Shown here piece after piece: positions 18,437 to 28,269 of a stretch of DNA of 64,000 bases. The position numbers were made by a program, and so were the translations under genes. The notes below the pieces were generated by a model, which was given only the letters and a program-made list of their open reading frames with translations, did no database searches and was not told the origin of the DNA. Every line of letters starts with the position of its first letter. Positions within the stretch are counted from its first letter, which is position 1. The stretch is from a virus (lineage: Duplodnaviria > Caudoviricetes), in IMG/VR virus record IMGVR_UViG_2675903334_000001. The stretch is one strand, 5' to 3'.

Positions 18437-20562
18437 TGCCTCGCAGTATCGACAAATTCCCAGAGAAGCGGGGCGCCGGTGCCGCCTCCCTTAATAATCC
18501 ACTGCGCTCGCAATTGGACTACGAATCGGCGCTCGCAGACACAGCCAAGCAAGCCGGTGACAAGATACGTGACGCGATCTCCGGGGCGCTCGACGACATC
18601 GTCGATGTCATCCACGAATTCACCGGTCTTGATCTTGACGAACTGAAAAGCGCGCTCGATGGGATTGACCTTGGCAACCCCGGCGCGATCTTGGCCAAGA
18701 TCGTTGAGTTGGCCGGTAATGCGCTCGGGTTCAATGGCCTGCTGCCGTCGTCGTGGATCGCCGATGTCGTCGAGGATTTGACGCGCGGGGCCGGGGAATT
18801 CCTGACCGCGGACAGCATCGCCGGAAACCCCTTCATGCAGTGGGATCCGGGCGCCGCTGGCTGGGAATCCGGCGGCGCCGGCAAGGTGACAGCCAACGGC
18901 ACACAGCAGTCGGTGCGCGGCGAAATCTTCGACGTCGTACCCGGTAACGTCGTGAAACTGCCCGCAGGCACACGCTGGTCGGGCCTCACCGCGACACCAG
19001 GTTCGAATCCGATCAAGGTCGGGTTCGCGGTGTGGGACGCGGCCGGCAATGTGCTGCCTGATGTGATCCGAGGACAGATTCAGCCGTCGACACCGTCCTC
19101 ATCATGGCAAGGGATCCCCACCACGGATTGGATCGTGCCGACTGGGGTAGCACGGGCTGCGGCGCTGATCGAGCTTGATTCGGGCGCCCTGTCCGGGGAC
19201 GTGTGGTTCTCGAATGTGACCCCGCACAAGACGAACAAGATCCCTCCGGACTTACTGAAAAGCCTGGTCGAGGGCGGGCAGGACTTCGCCGAGGATGTAC
19301 AGAAGACTTGGGACGCGTTCTGGAACGGGGTTTTTGGCGCCAACGCCACCGGCAAGACCCCCGATGATGTGAAAACCGCTTCGGCACATGTTACGGCGGT
19401 CGCCAGCGATGCGAACGCTGCGGCACAGTTCGCCTCGTCGATGGTGATCCGGCCCCGCCGCAGCCCGCGGTGGGTTTCCACTGGAACCCACGACGACGTG
19501 TCGTTCGCGATTGCCATGGCGCAAACAATGTTCACCCCGGCTTTGGGGGACATCACCTACATTCCGATCACACCGGACACCGACCGGGTGTACAAGGCGC
19601 TCAAGTTCGGGCTGGTCGGCAACGCGATGACCAACCTGTATGTCGGCGTGTACAAGATCGAGTACGACGGAACACTGACTCGCACAGTGGATCTCGGCGA
19701 CAAGAAGTCTGCGCTGACCGCGTCGAAAGTGCAGACATTCGCAATCCCCGGCGGGGTGGCGGTCGGCCGCGGTGAAACGGTGTTCATCGCCGTACGCCAG
19801 GTTGGCGGCACCGCTGGGCAGATGTTCACCACGCCATCGCTGCTGCAGGTGACCGAGGTGGTGCAGCCGGTGCCGACCTACATCACCGAGAAGAACAACA
19901 CGGGGACAGGGCTTCCGGCGACGATCTCGGGGGCTATCGTGCGGTCCGAGTCCGCACCGGCGTGGGGTGCGCTCGGTGAAACGCTGCTCGATTCGCCGTG
20001 GACGGACTACACCGCGCCGGGCTGGTACACCTACCTGTTCGGCACCGATTCGAGGTTCGTCTACATCGCCGGTAGCAGTGCCGGTGGCGGTGGTGGTGGC
20101 GGCGACGGCGGCTTCAACAAGCCCGGCGAGGGCGGACGGCGCGGCACCTGGTCGGCACTGAGCCTTGAGCGTGGTGTGGGAATCCCGTGGGATGTACCGG
20201 GACTCGATGTGTACGTTCCAGCGCCGGGCGCGGGCTCGCCGAGCCGTGAAACCAACGGCAGCCCAGGTGAAGCCCTGATCGTGCGCCTATCAACCGCGCC
20301 GGGCACTGTCCTGTTGAACATCCCCGGCGGTGCGGGCGGGCGCCTGGCCTACGGCGGGTTCTTCAACCGCGACCCCGTCGGTCAAGCGCAAGTGAACTAC
20401 CCCTTCTTTGGCCGCCTGTTCGTTGGTGGCCTGGCTGCAGAACAAGACGCCAATGGCAACAGCCCCGGCGGTGGCGGCGGCGGAGGCGGTGGCGGCTTCG
20501 TTGGCAACGCCAACGCGGGGCGTCCGGGTGGCGCCGGGTTCTGCGCGATAAGGACGGCGTGA
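18436..20562 (+). CDS. Minor tail protein with beta-sandwich and glycine-rich C-terminal domain
   Basis: 708 aa; GGGGGGGDGG...GEGG and GGGGGGGGGG Gly-rich domain. Confidence 0.8.
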   Translation: MPRSIDKFPEKRGAGAASLNNPLRSQLDYESALADTAKQAGDKIRDAISGALDDIVDVIHEFTGLDLDELKSALDGIDLGNPGAILAKIVELAGNALGFNGLLPSSWIADVVEDLTRGAGEFLTADSIAGNPFMQWDPGAAGWESGGAGKVTANGTQQSVRGEIFDVVPGNVVKLPAGTRWSGLTATPGSNPIKVGFAVWDAAGNVLPDVIRGQIQPSTPSSSWQGIPTTDWIVPTGVARAAALIELDSGALSGDVWFSNVTPHKTNKIPPDLLKSLVEGGQDFAEDVQKTWDAFWNGVFGANATGKTPDDVKTASAHVTAVASDANAAAQFASSMVIRPRRSPRWVSTGTHDDVSFAIAMAQTMFTPALGDITYIPITPDTDRVYKALKFGLVGNAMTNLYVGVYKIEYDGTLTRTVDLGDKKSALTASKVQTFAIPGGVAVGRGETVFIAVRQVGGTAGQMFTTPSLLQVTEVVQPVPTYITEKNNTGTGLPATISGAIVRSESAPAWGALGETLLDSPWTDYTAPGWYTYLFGTDSRFVYIAGSSAGGGGGGGDGGFNKPGEGGRRGTWSALSLERGVGIPWDVPGLDVYVPAPGAGSPSRETNGSPGEALIVRLSTAPGTVLLNIPGGAGGRLAYGGFFNRDPVGQAQVNYPFFGRLFVGGLAAEQDANGNSPGGGGGGGGGGFVGNANAGRPGGAGFCAIRTA

Positions 20563-22316
20563 TGACAACTCCAGTGGCGACGCGCACGGGCGGCAAATGG
20601 TACGGCCGGTTCCGGGCATCGGTGCCTGGTATCGCCTCGGGTGAAGCGTTCGGGGTGCCCGAAGTGGACCGAGGCCCCTTGACGTTGCGGCCTTCCGGGA
20701 TCCCGTCGGCGGAAGTGTTCGGCACGCAGCTGATCACCTACCCGCAGGACGTTGTAGCCAGCGGTATCGCCTCGGCGGAGGCGTTCGGCACTGCGCAGAT
20801 CGGATTCCGGGTTGCGGTGCCGGGTATCGCGTCGGCCGAGGCGTTCGGTGCCCCCACAGTTTCGGTGGGGCCGGTCACCGTCGCGCCGACTGGCATTGGT
20901 TCGGCCGAGGCGTTCGGCGCCGCGCAGGTCGGTCAACGCGTGGCCCCGAGCTCCATTGCGCCGGCGGAAGCGTTCGGCAACCCGAAGGTGAACATGGCCT
21001 TGACCGCTGTGGGTATCGCCTCGGCGGAGGCGTTCGGAACGCCCGCGGTGGGCCGAGGCGCGGTCGGTGTCGCACCTGCAGGTATCGCGTCGGCCGAGGC
21101 GTTCGGTGCCGCGGCGATCACGCAAACGGCGACCATCTACTACAACACGCAGGGCGTGGGCAGCGAAAACAACGGCACACCGCTGACATGCACCATCAAC
21201 CCAAACACGGGCGATGACGTGCTCGTATTCGCCATGCTCGGAGCATCCTCGGGTGCCACCGACTTCTACAAGGCAACGTACGGGCCGAGCAATCTGCCGA
21301 TGATCTGCGCAGGGCAAGAGCTTTCGGGCGGTGTTGTCATCGCGGCCTACATCATCCGGGGCGCGCCTTCGGGTAGTGCAACGGTCAACATCACCCGAGG
21401 CACCAGCCCGGCACCGTGGGGCCAAGCGGTCGCGGTGTCGTATTCAGGCGCGGCCGGGTTCGACCCCGCCACGGCAGCAGCGGGAACCGGAACATCGTTC
21501 TCGCATCCGGTGACAGTGCCGACCAACAGCCGCACGGTGCAAGCCATCACGACCGGGGACGCCGGCGCCACCCTGTCGAGCTTGACAGGTGGTGTGAGCC
21601 GCTACCTCGATAACGCGGGATTCTGCATTCAGTCGATCCGAGACTCGGACGCTTCCACGGCGTTCACCGGCACGTTGAGCAGCTCCCGTGCCTGGGCCTC
21701 GATCGCGGTGCCGCTGCGCACCAGCGCGCCGGGCGGGGTGCGCGCCGGTTACAGCTACGGCTCCACCAGCGTATTGGGCGCCACGACAACAACATTCGAT
21801 ATCTACGCCGCCGCCGGAGAATACGTCTATGTTCCGGTGATTCAGGACCGTGCCGGTGACCCGTCGTCGGTGACCTGTGACGGTTCGGCGATGACGCTCA
21901 TCGACACCGCGCCATGGTCGTCGGGCTCGGGGGCGGCGTACATCAAGATCTACCGCAGCGCGGCGGCGATGAGTTCAGCTGGCCTTAAGACGGTTTCCGT
22001 TGTGACATCCGGTAGCGGATGGAGCCGCAGCGGCGGCGTCGCGGTCTCCGGTGTCACCAGCCCGTCGGGAACCGTCACCAAAACATCGGGCACCAGCTCG
22101 CAACCCACACAGGCCGTCACCTGCTCGGCCGGGCAGATGATCCTGCAAATACTGGCCAGTGCAGCGGCCCCCACGGGCACCGAGGGCGGCACAACGCTGG
22201 TCGTTTCCTCAGCTGGCCAAGTGTTCTGGTCGATCAACATCGCCCTGGAATCAACAACATTCAAGCTGGCCAACACCTCCACCAACTGGGGTGCGCTGGC
22301 CTTGGTCCTCAGTTAG
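20559..22316 (+). CDS. Tail fibre/receptor-binding protein with GIASAEAFG repeats and two C-terminal beta domains
   Basis: Eight repeats in N-third; two Ser/Thr/Gly-rich domains of ~190 aa each. Confidence 0.72.
   Translation: MMTTPVATRTGGKWYGRFRASVPGIASGEAFGVPEVDRGPLTLRPSGIPSAEVFGTQLITYPQDVVASGIASAEAFGTAQIGFRVAVPGIASAEAFGAPTVSVGPVTVAPTGIGSAEAFGAAQVGQRVAPSSIAPAEAFGNPKVNMALTAVGIASAEAFGTPAVGRGAVGVAPAGIASAEAFGAAAITQTATIYYNTQGVGSENNGTPLTCTINPNTGDDVLVFAMLGASSGATDFYKATYGPSNLPMICAGQELSGGVVIAAYIIRGAPSGSATVNITRGTSPAPWGQAVAVSYSGAAGFDPATAAAGTGTSFSHPVTVPTNSRTVQAITTGDAGATLSSLTGGVSRYLDNAGFCIQSIRDSDASTAFTGTLSSSRAWASIAVPLRTSAPGGVRAGYSYGSTSVLGATTTTFDIYAAAGEYVYVPVIQDRAGDPSSVTCDGSAMTLIDTAPWSSGSGAAYIKIYRSAAAMSSAGLKTVSVVTSGSGWSRSGGVAVSGVTSPSGTVTKTSGTSSQPTQAVTCSAGQMILQILASAAAPTGTEGGTTLVVSSAGQVFWSINIALESTTFKLANTSTNWGALALVLS
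20628..21107 (+). repeat. Eight imperfect ~20-aa repeats (core GI[A/P/G]SAEAFG)
   Basis: Read directly from protein and DNA (ggtatcgc[c/g]tcggc[c/g]gaggcgttcgg recurs). Confidence 0.92.
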
Positions 22317-22350
22317 ACCCCCACCCGAAAGAGAAAGTAGGTAACCACCA

Positions 22351-22758
22351 ATGGCAAACGCACTGTACGACAAGGGCCGCGAAGCATTCGCCACCGGCGC
22401 CGTCAACTGGACCGGCGACACCATCAAGGTAGCGCTTGTGGACACCGGCGCGTACACGCCGAACCTCGCGACACACCAGTTCCTTTCCGACATCGCGGCC
22501 GGTGCCCGCATCGCCACATCGGCCGCGCTGACCGGGAAGACGGCCACCGCGGGTGTCTGCAACGCCGCCAACGTCAACTTCTCCGCCGTGAGCGGTGCGA
22601 GCGTCGAGGCGCTGGTGATCTACAAGGACACCGGTACCGCCGGCACGTCCCCGCTGATCGCGTACATCGACACCGCAACCGGTCTTCCCGTGTCACCCAA
22701 CGGCGGCGACATCAACATCGCATGGGACACCGGCACTAACCGGATATTCAAGCTGTGA
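22351..22758 (+). CDS. Small tail-fibre partner/minor tail protein
   Basis: RBS; MANALYDKGREAF...PNGGDINIAWD, a type seen next to AEAFG-repeat fibres. Confidence 0.7.
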   Translation: MANALYDKGREAFATGAVNWTGDTIKVALVDTGAYTPNLATHQFLSDIAAGARIATSAALTGKTATAGVCNAANVNFSAVSGASVEALVIYKDTGTAGTSPLIAYIDTATGLPVSPNGGDINIAWDTGTNRIFKL

Positions 22759-22907
22759 CCAGACACATCGCCGCCGTGGGCGCGGTGTGCGCAGCTCTGG
22801 CCGCAGCGACAGCCCTGCTCACCTACACGGTTGTCATGCACATTGCGCCCGGTGAACACCCTCGGGATCCGCGAATCACCGAGCCGCACGGCCGGTTCGG
22901 CTGGTGA
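22755..22907 (+). CDS. 50-aa single-TM protein
   Basis: GTGA overlap; MTRHIAAVGAVCAALAAATALLTYTVVM hydrophobic stretch; below ORF-track cutoff. Confidence 0.5.
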   Translation: MTRHIAAVGAVCAALAAATALLTYTVVMHIAPGEHPRDPRITEPHGRFGW

Positions 22908-22965
22908 CGCTGCGCGGCATCAGCCCTTGCGCGGCGCTACCTTCCGAAATGGAAAGCGAGACATC

Positions 22966-23229
22966 ATGAAAACCATCGTCAAATGGCTCATCAAGACAGC
23001 CATCGAAGCCACCCGCGAATACTTGAAAGAGCATCCCGAGGTCGGCGACGAAGCTGCCGCGGCTGTCGCGACGAAGATCGGTAGCGCACTGCCCAAATTC
23101 GTCGACTCGTTGACGAATGCCACGCCGTGGCAGTGGGACGACAAGGCGCTCGACGGCCTCGCTGAACGCGTCGCGAAGCTGCTGCCCGATCTGGTGCGCC
23201 AATTCCTGGGATTCGGTAAGCAGTCATGA
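22966..23229 (+). CDS. Hypothetical protein upstream of lysin A
   Basis: RBS GGAAAG; MKTIVKWLIK...; ATGA coupled to lysin A. Confidence 0.7.
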   Translation: MKTIVKWLIKTAIEATREYLKEHPEVGDEAAAAVATKIGSALPKFVDSLTNATPWQWDDKALDGLAERVAKLLPDLVRQFLGFGKQS

Positions 23230-24491
23230 GTTTCGTGTGGCAGGCCGACAAGCCCATGCGCACGCGGGAGCAGGTCGCCCGCGAGGTTCACGCCGTGTCA
23301 CTGGCGCGTGGCCTCGATGACCTCGCCACGGTTATGGCGCTCATGTGCATCAGCGTCGAATCCAACTTTTGGTGCCCAGGAAACGACAAGGATCCGTGCT
23401 TCCGCGACCACCCGGACGATTACCCGCATGACTCACTCAGCGATGACGGCTACTCATCGGGGTACTACCAGCAGCAGATGTCGGCGCCAGAGGTCAGCCC
23501 GCCGTGGGGGTGGGGTGGACTGTGGGGCGACCCGGAAGGCACCCGTAAGCGCATGGATCTTCGGGCATCCACCGACATGTTCCTAGCGGCCCTGCCCGGC
23601 GATTACGTCAACGCCAACAACGCGTCGGCAGCCGGCCAGGTCGTCGCGGACGTGCAGAAACCAAACCCCTTGTACCGCAGCCGGTACGCCGAGAAGTGGG
23701 ACGAAGCGTGGGATCTGTTCGACCGCGCTCTCGCCGGCGGGCCGGTTGCGCCACCGTCGAACAATGGAGGAACCGAAGTGGGATTCACAGGCGACCCGGT
23801 CTGGCTTGAAGACGTACTACGCGAAGCGCTCGGTGACCGGCTGCACGTCGTCGACGGATGGAAAACCCGCGGTACAGGTGCGGGGGAGAACGGATCAGAT
23901 CAGATGGGGCCGCTGTGGGGTGTGATGATCCACCACACGGGCAACCGCAACGAGAGTATCGACACCATCAAGAATGGGCGCCCGGGCCTCGCCGGGCCGC
24001 TGTCGCAGTGCCTGATCACACCGGACGGGATCTGCCATTTGATCGCGATCGGGCCGTGCAACCATGCCGGTATCGGCCAATACCCCGGCATATCAAAGAA
24101 CATGGGCAACACCAGGCTTATCGGGTTCGAATGCGCGTGGCCCACGATCCGGCCCGACGGCAGCTACGACGAACGTGAACGCTGGCCCGACGCGCAGATC
24201 ATCACCATGCGAGACGCGGCGGCAGCGGTCGTCAAGAAACTCGGGTATGGCGCAGATCGCGTGATCGGCCACAAGGAGTACGCGACGGCCCCACCCAACG
24301 TGAAGTGGGATCCGGGCAACATCGACATGAACTGGTTCCGTGGCGAAGTCGCCAAGGATCTGCGCGGCGACTTCGACGGCCCGCCGATCGTAATCCCGCC
24401 CGTGTTGACCGATCGGCAACTGCTGGAACGGATCGACGCGGGTGTCGCTGACCTAAACCGCAAGCTCAACGGAATCGGAGCAACGAAATGA
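23226..24491 (+). CDS. lysA: Endolysin (lysin A): N-terminal domain plus Amidase_2 domain
   Basis: IHHTG, GPCNHAG, GFE, IGHKEY...KWDPG zinc-amidase motifs. Confidence 0.9.
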   Translation: MSFVWQADKPMRTREQVAREVHAVSLARGLDDLATVMALMCISVESNFWCPGNDKDPCFRDHPDDYPHDSLSDDGYSSGYYQQQMSAPEVSPPWGWGGLWGDPEGTRKRMDLRASTDMFLAALPGDYVNANNASAAGQVVADVQKPNPLYRSRYAEKWDEAWDLFDRALAGGPVAPPSNNGGTEVGFTGDPVWLEDVLREALGDRLHVVDGWKTRGTGAGENGSDQMGPLWGVMIHHTGNRNESIDTIKNGRPGLAGPLSQCLITPDGICHLIAIGPCNHAGIGQYPGISKNMGNTRLIGFECAWPTIRPDGSYDERERWPDAQIITMRDAAAAVVKKLGYGADRVIGHKEYATAPPNVKWDPGNIDMNWFRGEVAKDLRGDFDGPPIVIPPVLTDRQLLERIDAGVADLNRKLNGIGATK

Positions 24492-24601
24492 GTGGACATA
24501 TGCAACCTGAGGGCGAGACGTTTGTGACGTTCGGATGCTTCGTGATCGCGCAGAACGTGCAGATCATCGGCAAGCCCCGCCAGGACGGCATCCAGCCATG
24601 A
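24488..24601 (+). CDS. 37-aa ORF coupled between lysin A and lysin B
   Basis: ATGA overlaps at both ends; MSGHMQPEGETFVTFGCFVIAQNVQIIGKPRQDGIQP. Confidence 0.45.
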   Translation: MSGHMQPEGETFVTFGCFVIAQNVQIIGKPRQDGIQP

Positions 24602-25764
24602 ACGGGCCTGACGGGAAGTGGATCGGCTACGGCGAAGGCGACGAATCCGACGCGGTGACCGCGATCGAACGCCGCCTCGTCAACGCCTACCCGAGAAACA
24701 GCCACGCCATCGAGCACGGCGTCGCGGTGGACCGCAGATACACCGTTGGCACAGCGCAAGCGGTGCGGGATCTTACGGCGTTCATGAACAACGATCCCCG
24801 CGAGCTGGAACGCCTACGGCGCATGGGGCTGGCCACGCCGCTGCGAAGCGACGGTGTCGCGAATCTGGACGTTCGCAAGGCCATCGGCGCGTACGTCGAG
24901 GCGCCGGCCAACCCGCTGCCGTCCAAGTACCCGATTCAGGGTGTGTGGGCCGATTCGCGCGCCTTCCTGAACCCGCCGACTGCGCACAGTTTCGTCAAGG
25001 CCACCAACGATTTCCGTGACGAAGCCATGCGCCTCTACCGGCCGATGGCGGGCACCCGCATCTGGCCGATCGGATACAGCATGGGCGGTGTGTCGGTCCA
25101 GAAGTTCCTGACCGCGCTGCCGCCCGAATGGCGCAACTACGTTGCCGGCGTCACCACGTTCGGTGACCCGTCGATGCCCGCCGAGGGCAGCCTGCTCGGC
25201 GATGATCCCGGCGAAGGCATCTCCAAATTGCCGCAGCCACAGTGGGTGCGGGACCGGTACTGGTCATACTCGATTGACGGCGACTGGTACCCGCGAGCAC
25301 GTGGGCTGCTGTTCCTGCTCTACCAGGTACTCACCCGCGCAGAGTTGACCATGGAATTCGCGATGTACCTGTTCACTGAATTCCCGAAGCAAGCATTTCA
25401 GCAGCTCATCGGGCAAGCCGACAGTGCCGACCCGCTGGCCGGCGCACTGTCGGGGCTCGCTGGACTCATGACCTCCGGGCCGCTCGGCGTCATCGGGTCC
25501 CCGCTGAACCCGTTGCAGCTGTTCGCGATCCTGCCGGACCTTGTGCGGCTGCTGTTCGACGCCATCAAGTTCGTGGCCACCAACGCGCACGGCATGTACG
25601 GCGATCCCGGATATGCACTGTGGGACGGCATGACGGCCGTCGATCACGCGGTAGCCAACATCCGGCGCGTGGCCCCCGACGGCTGCACCCTGTTCCTGCT
25701 GCCCGGAACGTGGGCGAACTGGAACCAAGGCTTTCCGTTCGACGTGGCTGCACAACTGCAATAG
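24598..25764 (+). CDS. lysB: Lysin B (cutinase-like esterase) with N-terminal PG-binding-like domain
   Basis: GYSMGG nucleophile elbow, FGDP, DWY and terminal HG-Y motifs. Confidence 0.9.
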   Translation: MNGPDGKWIGYGEGDESDAVTAIERRLVNAYPRNSHAIEHGVAVDRRYTVGTAQAVRDLTAFMNNDPRELERLRRMGLATPLRSDGVANLDVRKAIGAYVEAPANPLPSKYPIQGVWADSRAFLNPPTAHSFVKATNDFRDEAMRLYRPMAGTRIWPIGYSMGGVSVQKFLTALPPEWRNYVAGVTTFGDPSMPAEGSLLGDDPGEGISKLPQPQWVRDRYWSYSIDGDWYPRARGLLFLLYQVLTRAELTMEFAMYLFTEFPKQAFQQLIGQADSADPLAGALSGLAGLMTSGPLGVIGSPLNPLQLFAILPDLVRLLFDAIKFVATNAHGMYGDPGYALWDGMTAVDHAVANIRRVAPDGCTLFLLPGTWANWNQGFPFDVAAQLQ

Positions 25765-25779
25765 GAAAAGGGAATCATC

Positions 25780-26019
25780 ATGTACACCTGGGCATTCTGG
25801 AGAGAGCTGGGCGAACGGGCGGTGCGCGCCGCAGCGGCGGCGCTGATGGGCGTGTTCGTGGGCGACAAGACCGTCGCGACTGTCGATTGGCGGTTCACGG
25901 CGGCAGCGGTCGCGACAGCGGTTCTGGTGTCGGTGTGTTCGTCGCTGCTGGCCAGCCGCCGCGTCGAGGACGCCGACGGACCTCGCACAGCGTCGTTCCT
26001 GACCGGAGGCCGCGGGTAG
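25780..26019 (+). CDS. Holin (r1t-like)
   Basis: FWRELGERAVRAAAAAL motif with two TM segments; RBS. Confidence 0.85.
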   Translation: MYTWAFWRELGERAVRAAAAALMGVFVGDKTVATVDWRFTAAAVATAVLVSVCSSLLASRRVEDADGPRTASFLTGGRG

Positions 26020-26286
26020 ATGTCTCCGCTGTCGCCGCTGCTGAATAGCCCCGACGACTTTTTCTTCGCGGTCGCGTTCATGGGTTTGGCAACGCACCAG
26101 GTATGGATGGTGGTCTCGGGGCGCCTTGTGCCTCGCCGAACCCATGAACGCGAACTCGCCAGCAGAGACAACGAAATCGTTTTCCTGCGTGAGACAAACG
26201 GGAAACAGGGCGAGACGATCCACGCGTACGCAACACCTGCTCAACTCGCGGTGCGCGCGGTTACCGCATTGCAGGAGCAGACATGA
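26020..26286 (+). CDS. Membrane protein of lysis cassette
   Basis: One TM then GRLVPRRTHEREL coiled region. Confidence 0.7.
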   Translation: MSPLSPLLNSPDDFFFAVAFMGLATHQVWMVVSGRLVPRRTHERELASRDNEIVFLRETNGKQGETIHAYATPAQLAVRAVTALQEQT

Positions 26287-26477
26287 GATGGCCATTCTCA
26301 AGACGAGGCCGGCCCGCATGTGAAGACGACGCCACACGCAACGCCGAAGCCGAACGTGACCTTGCCCAACAACAGCTTGACGAGGCGATCGAGCTTGCCG
26401 CGCAAGCACAATTGCTACTTGATCGGAACGGGTTCGCCGAAGCGGTTGAACGTTCCATGCGACGGAGGTTTGCGTGA
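26283..26477 (+). CDS. Small helical protein of lysis cassette
   Basis: ATGA coupled; ends NGFAEAVERSMRRR. Confidence 0.65.
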   Translation: MRWPFSRRGRPACEDDATRNAEAERDLAQQQLDEAIELAAQAQLLLDRNGFAEAVERSMRRRFA

Positions 26478-26842
26478 AGACGATTCGAAATGCTGCGATC
26501 GTTGCCGCTTTGGCGTTCGTGCCCGCGGTATGGATGGCCCCCGGCACAGTTGCCGATGTGTTGCTGACCTTCGCAGCTGTGCTGTCGTGGGTGTTCGCGG
26601 TGCTGTATCTGACGGGGTCGATGTGGTGGCTTGAACGCGTAGGCCGGGCAACGATTTCCATGATGTTCGCGCTGGCTTTCGTGCTCACACAGAACGCGAT
26701 GTCGGTCTGGTGGGGGGAGAACTATCCCGGCCGCGACCAGGTGCGCGGCCTACTGTATGCCTCTCTCGCCTACGCCCTGGCACGCCTGGTGTTGACCCTG
26801 CACCACATTCAGCGCACCGACAAGGACACCCAAAATGGCTGA
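26474..26842 (+). CDS. Multi-pass membrane protein (holin-like)
   Basis: About four hydrophobic segments. Confidence 0.7.
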   Translation: MKTIRNAAIVAALAFVPAVWMAPGTVADVLLTFAAVLSWVFAVLYLTGSMWWLERVGRATISMMFALAFVLTQNAMSVWWGENYPGRDQVRGLLYASLAYALARLVLTLHHIQRTDKDTQNG

Positions 26843-27383
26843 CATCGCTGACATTCCGTGGTTCAAATGCGTTGGCCTGTACGGCAACATCGTGCCCGAC
26901 ACGCTCGATACAGGCTATCGTCCCGACCATTTCAAGCCGTGGGGTTCGGTCACGTTCACACCCCGGATCGCAGGCCCCGGCGACAAGCTGGAGCCGCCAG
27001 AGCCGCAGTTCCGGCTGACCGGACACACCCCGCCGATGACGCTGCTGCTGGTGCCGTTCGACGCACGCATCGAAAACGGGGTGTTGAAACTGCCGCGCCT
27101 CGACGCGCCGGCCGGGGAGAACCCGACACCGACCGAGATAGATCAGCAGCGTGCCAGCGCAGGCCTGGACATGCTGGCCAATTCGACTGCCCTGCAACTG
27201 GCATCGGGCTACAAACTGGTCTACCAAGTGCAGTTCGGGACCATGAAGGTATTGGGCAAGGAACACACCTTCGATTCGTTCTGGTTCGAGGCCCCGACCG
27301 TCAGCGACTTCACGACCGCACCGACATGGGTGCCGCCCACGATCGACCTGACCGTCGTCGAACGATTCACACCGGTGACGTAG
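26835..27383 (+). CDS. Hypothetical, possibly virion-associated protein
   Basis: Last rightward gene; GSVTFTP and PFDARIENGVL beta-rich motifs. Confidence 0.6.
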   Translation: MADIADIPWFKCVGLYGNIVPDTLDTGYRPDHFKPWGSVTFTPRIAGPGDKLEPPEPQFRLTGHTPPMTLLLVPFDARIENGVLKLPRLDAPAGENPTPTEIDQQRASAGLDMLANSTALQLASGYKLVYQVQFGTMKVLGKEHTFDSFWFEAPTVSDFTTAPTWVPPTIDLTVVERFTPVT

Positions 27384-27396
27384 TCCGCCCCGTTTC

Positions 27397-27924
27397 CTAC
27401 TTGGGAATCTTCGGCACTGTCGCGGTGGCGATTTCCATGGCCTTGGCGCACAAATCAATGCCGCCCTTTCCCGTGCCGGCACCGATATTCACGCTCACGG
27501 TTGACCGCTGGGCGGGCAGGCTAACGATGCACATATCAGGCTCTTGATGCAGCGAAGCATCGACCCCTGCAACGGAAATCTTCTTCTCACCCTTGTCCCA
27601 CATACGCTGAATGGCAACGTTACTGACGAGCAGATTCAGATTCCATATCTCGGTGTTACTCGCAGACTCCCATTCGCACCCGCGCACACCCTTGTTTACG
27701 CCGCCGATCGCGAACACCTGCTGAGGTGTTAGCCCCCAGGTACGTAGCTCGGTGGGCGTGAACGCGTGGCAGGGATCGAACGTTGTGCCGTCACTACGCC
27801 CAGAGTCCAGCGGAGCCAGCGAAGAAGGCGCCGGGGACGCCGGGATTTCAGGACGGTCTGGTTGCCCGCAACTTGCGCAGGTGACCGCTAGTGCCAACGC
27901 GAATGCGGCTCGAAGTAGTGACAT
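27397..27924 (-). CDS. DUF3558-like lipoprotein
   Basis: Signal peptide with Cys (LAVTCASCG), FDPC...GCEW...C...DLCAKA pattern; RBS GAGGGGG. Confidence 0.75.
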   Translation of the reverse strand: MSLLRAAFALALAVTCASCGQPDRPEIPASPAPSSLAPLDSGRSDGTTFDPCHAFTPTELRTWGLTPQQVFAIGGVNKGVRGCEWESASNTEIWNLNLLVSNVAIQRMWDKGEKKISVAGVDASLHQEPDMCIVSLPAQRSTVSVNIGAGTGKGGIDLCAKAMEIATATVPKIPK

Positions 27925-28037
27925 TTGGTTTCCCCCTCATTTGGTTTGAATTCAATTTTGTTCACCCCCGTGAAGCTGCATAAACGCTAACACCGAGCGG
28001 CGGTAAATGGGGGGATGCGAATCGCCGTGCTGACCTG

Positions 28038-28229
28038 CTATTCCTCGGCTGGTTCGACGGGGTGTGGGTTGTCGACCCAGTCGGCGGGATCGAGGTGTGT
28101 CCATTGGCCGCTGGGGTTGTCGCCCTCGGCGATGGCCTGTTCGTCGGTCACCGGCGCAGGGTAGAAGTGGATCGCACCCGAGCACGTGCCGCATGTGCCG
28201 GTCTTCTGAAAACGCTTGATCACGGTCAT
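28038..28229 (-). CDS. 63-aa hypothetical protein with CxxC
   Basis: ORF downstream of immunity gene on the same strand. Confidence 0.55.
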   Translation of the reverse strand: MTVIKRFQKTGTCGTCSGAIHFYPAPVTDEQAIAEGDNPSGQWTHLDPADWVDNPHPVEPAEE

Positions 28230-28269
28230 CGCTCAATGGTCGCTGACTTGGACCGTGCATCCCGCGCAG

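Noticed and set aside
20559-22316. Diversity-generating retroelement targeting the tail fibre
   Set aside because: No reverse transcriptase in the window, and no template/variable repeat pair with adenine-specific mismatches seen.
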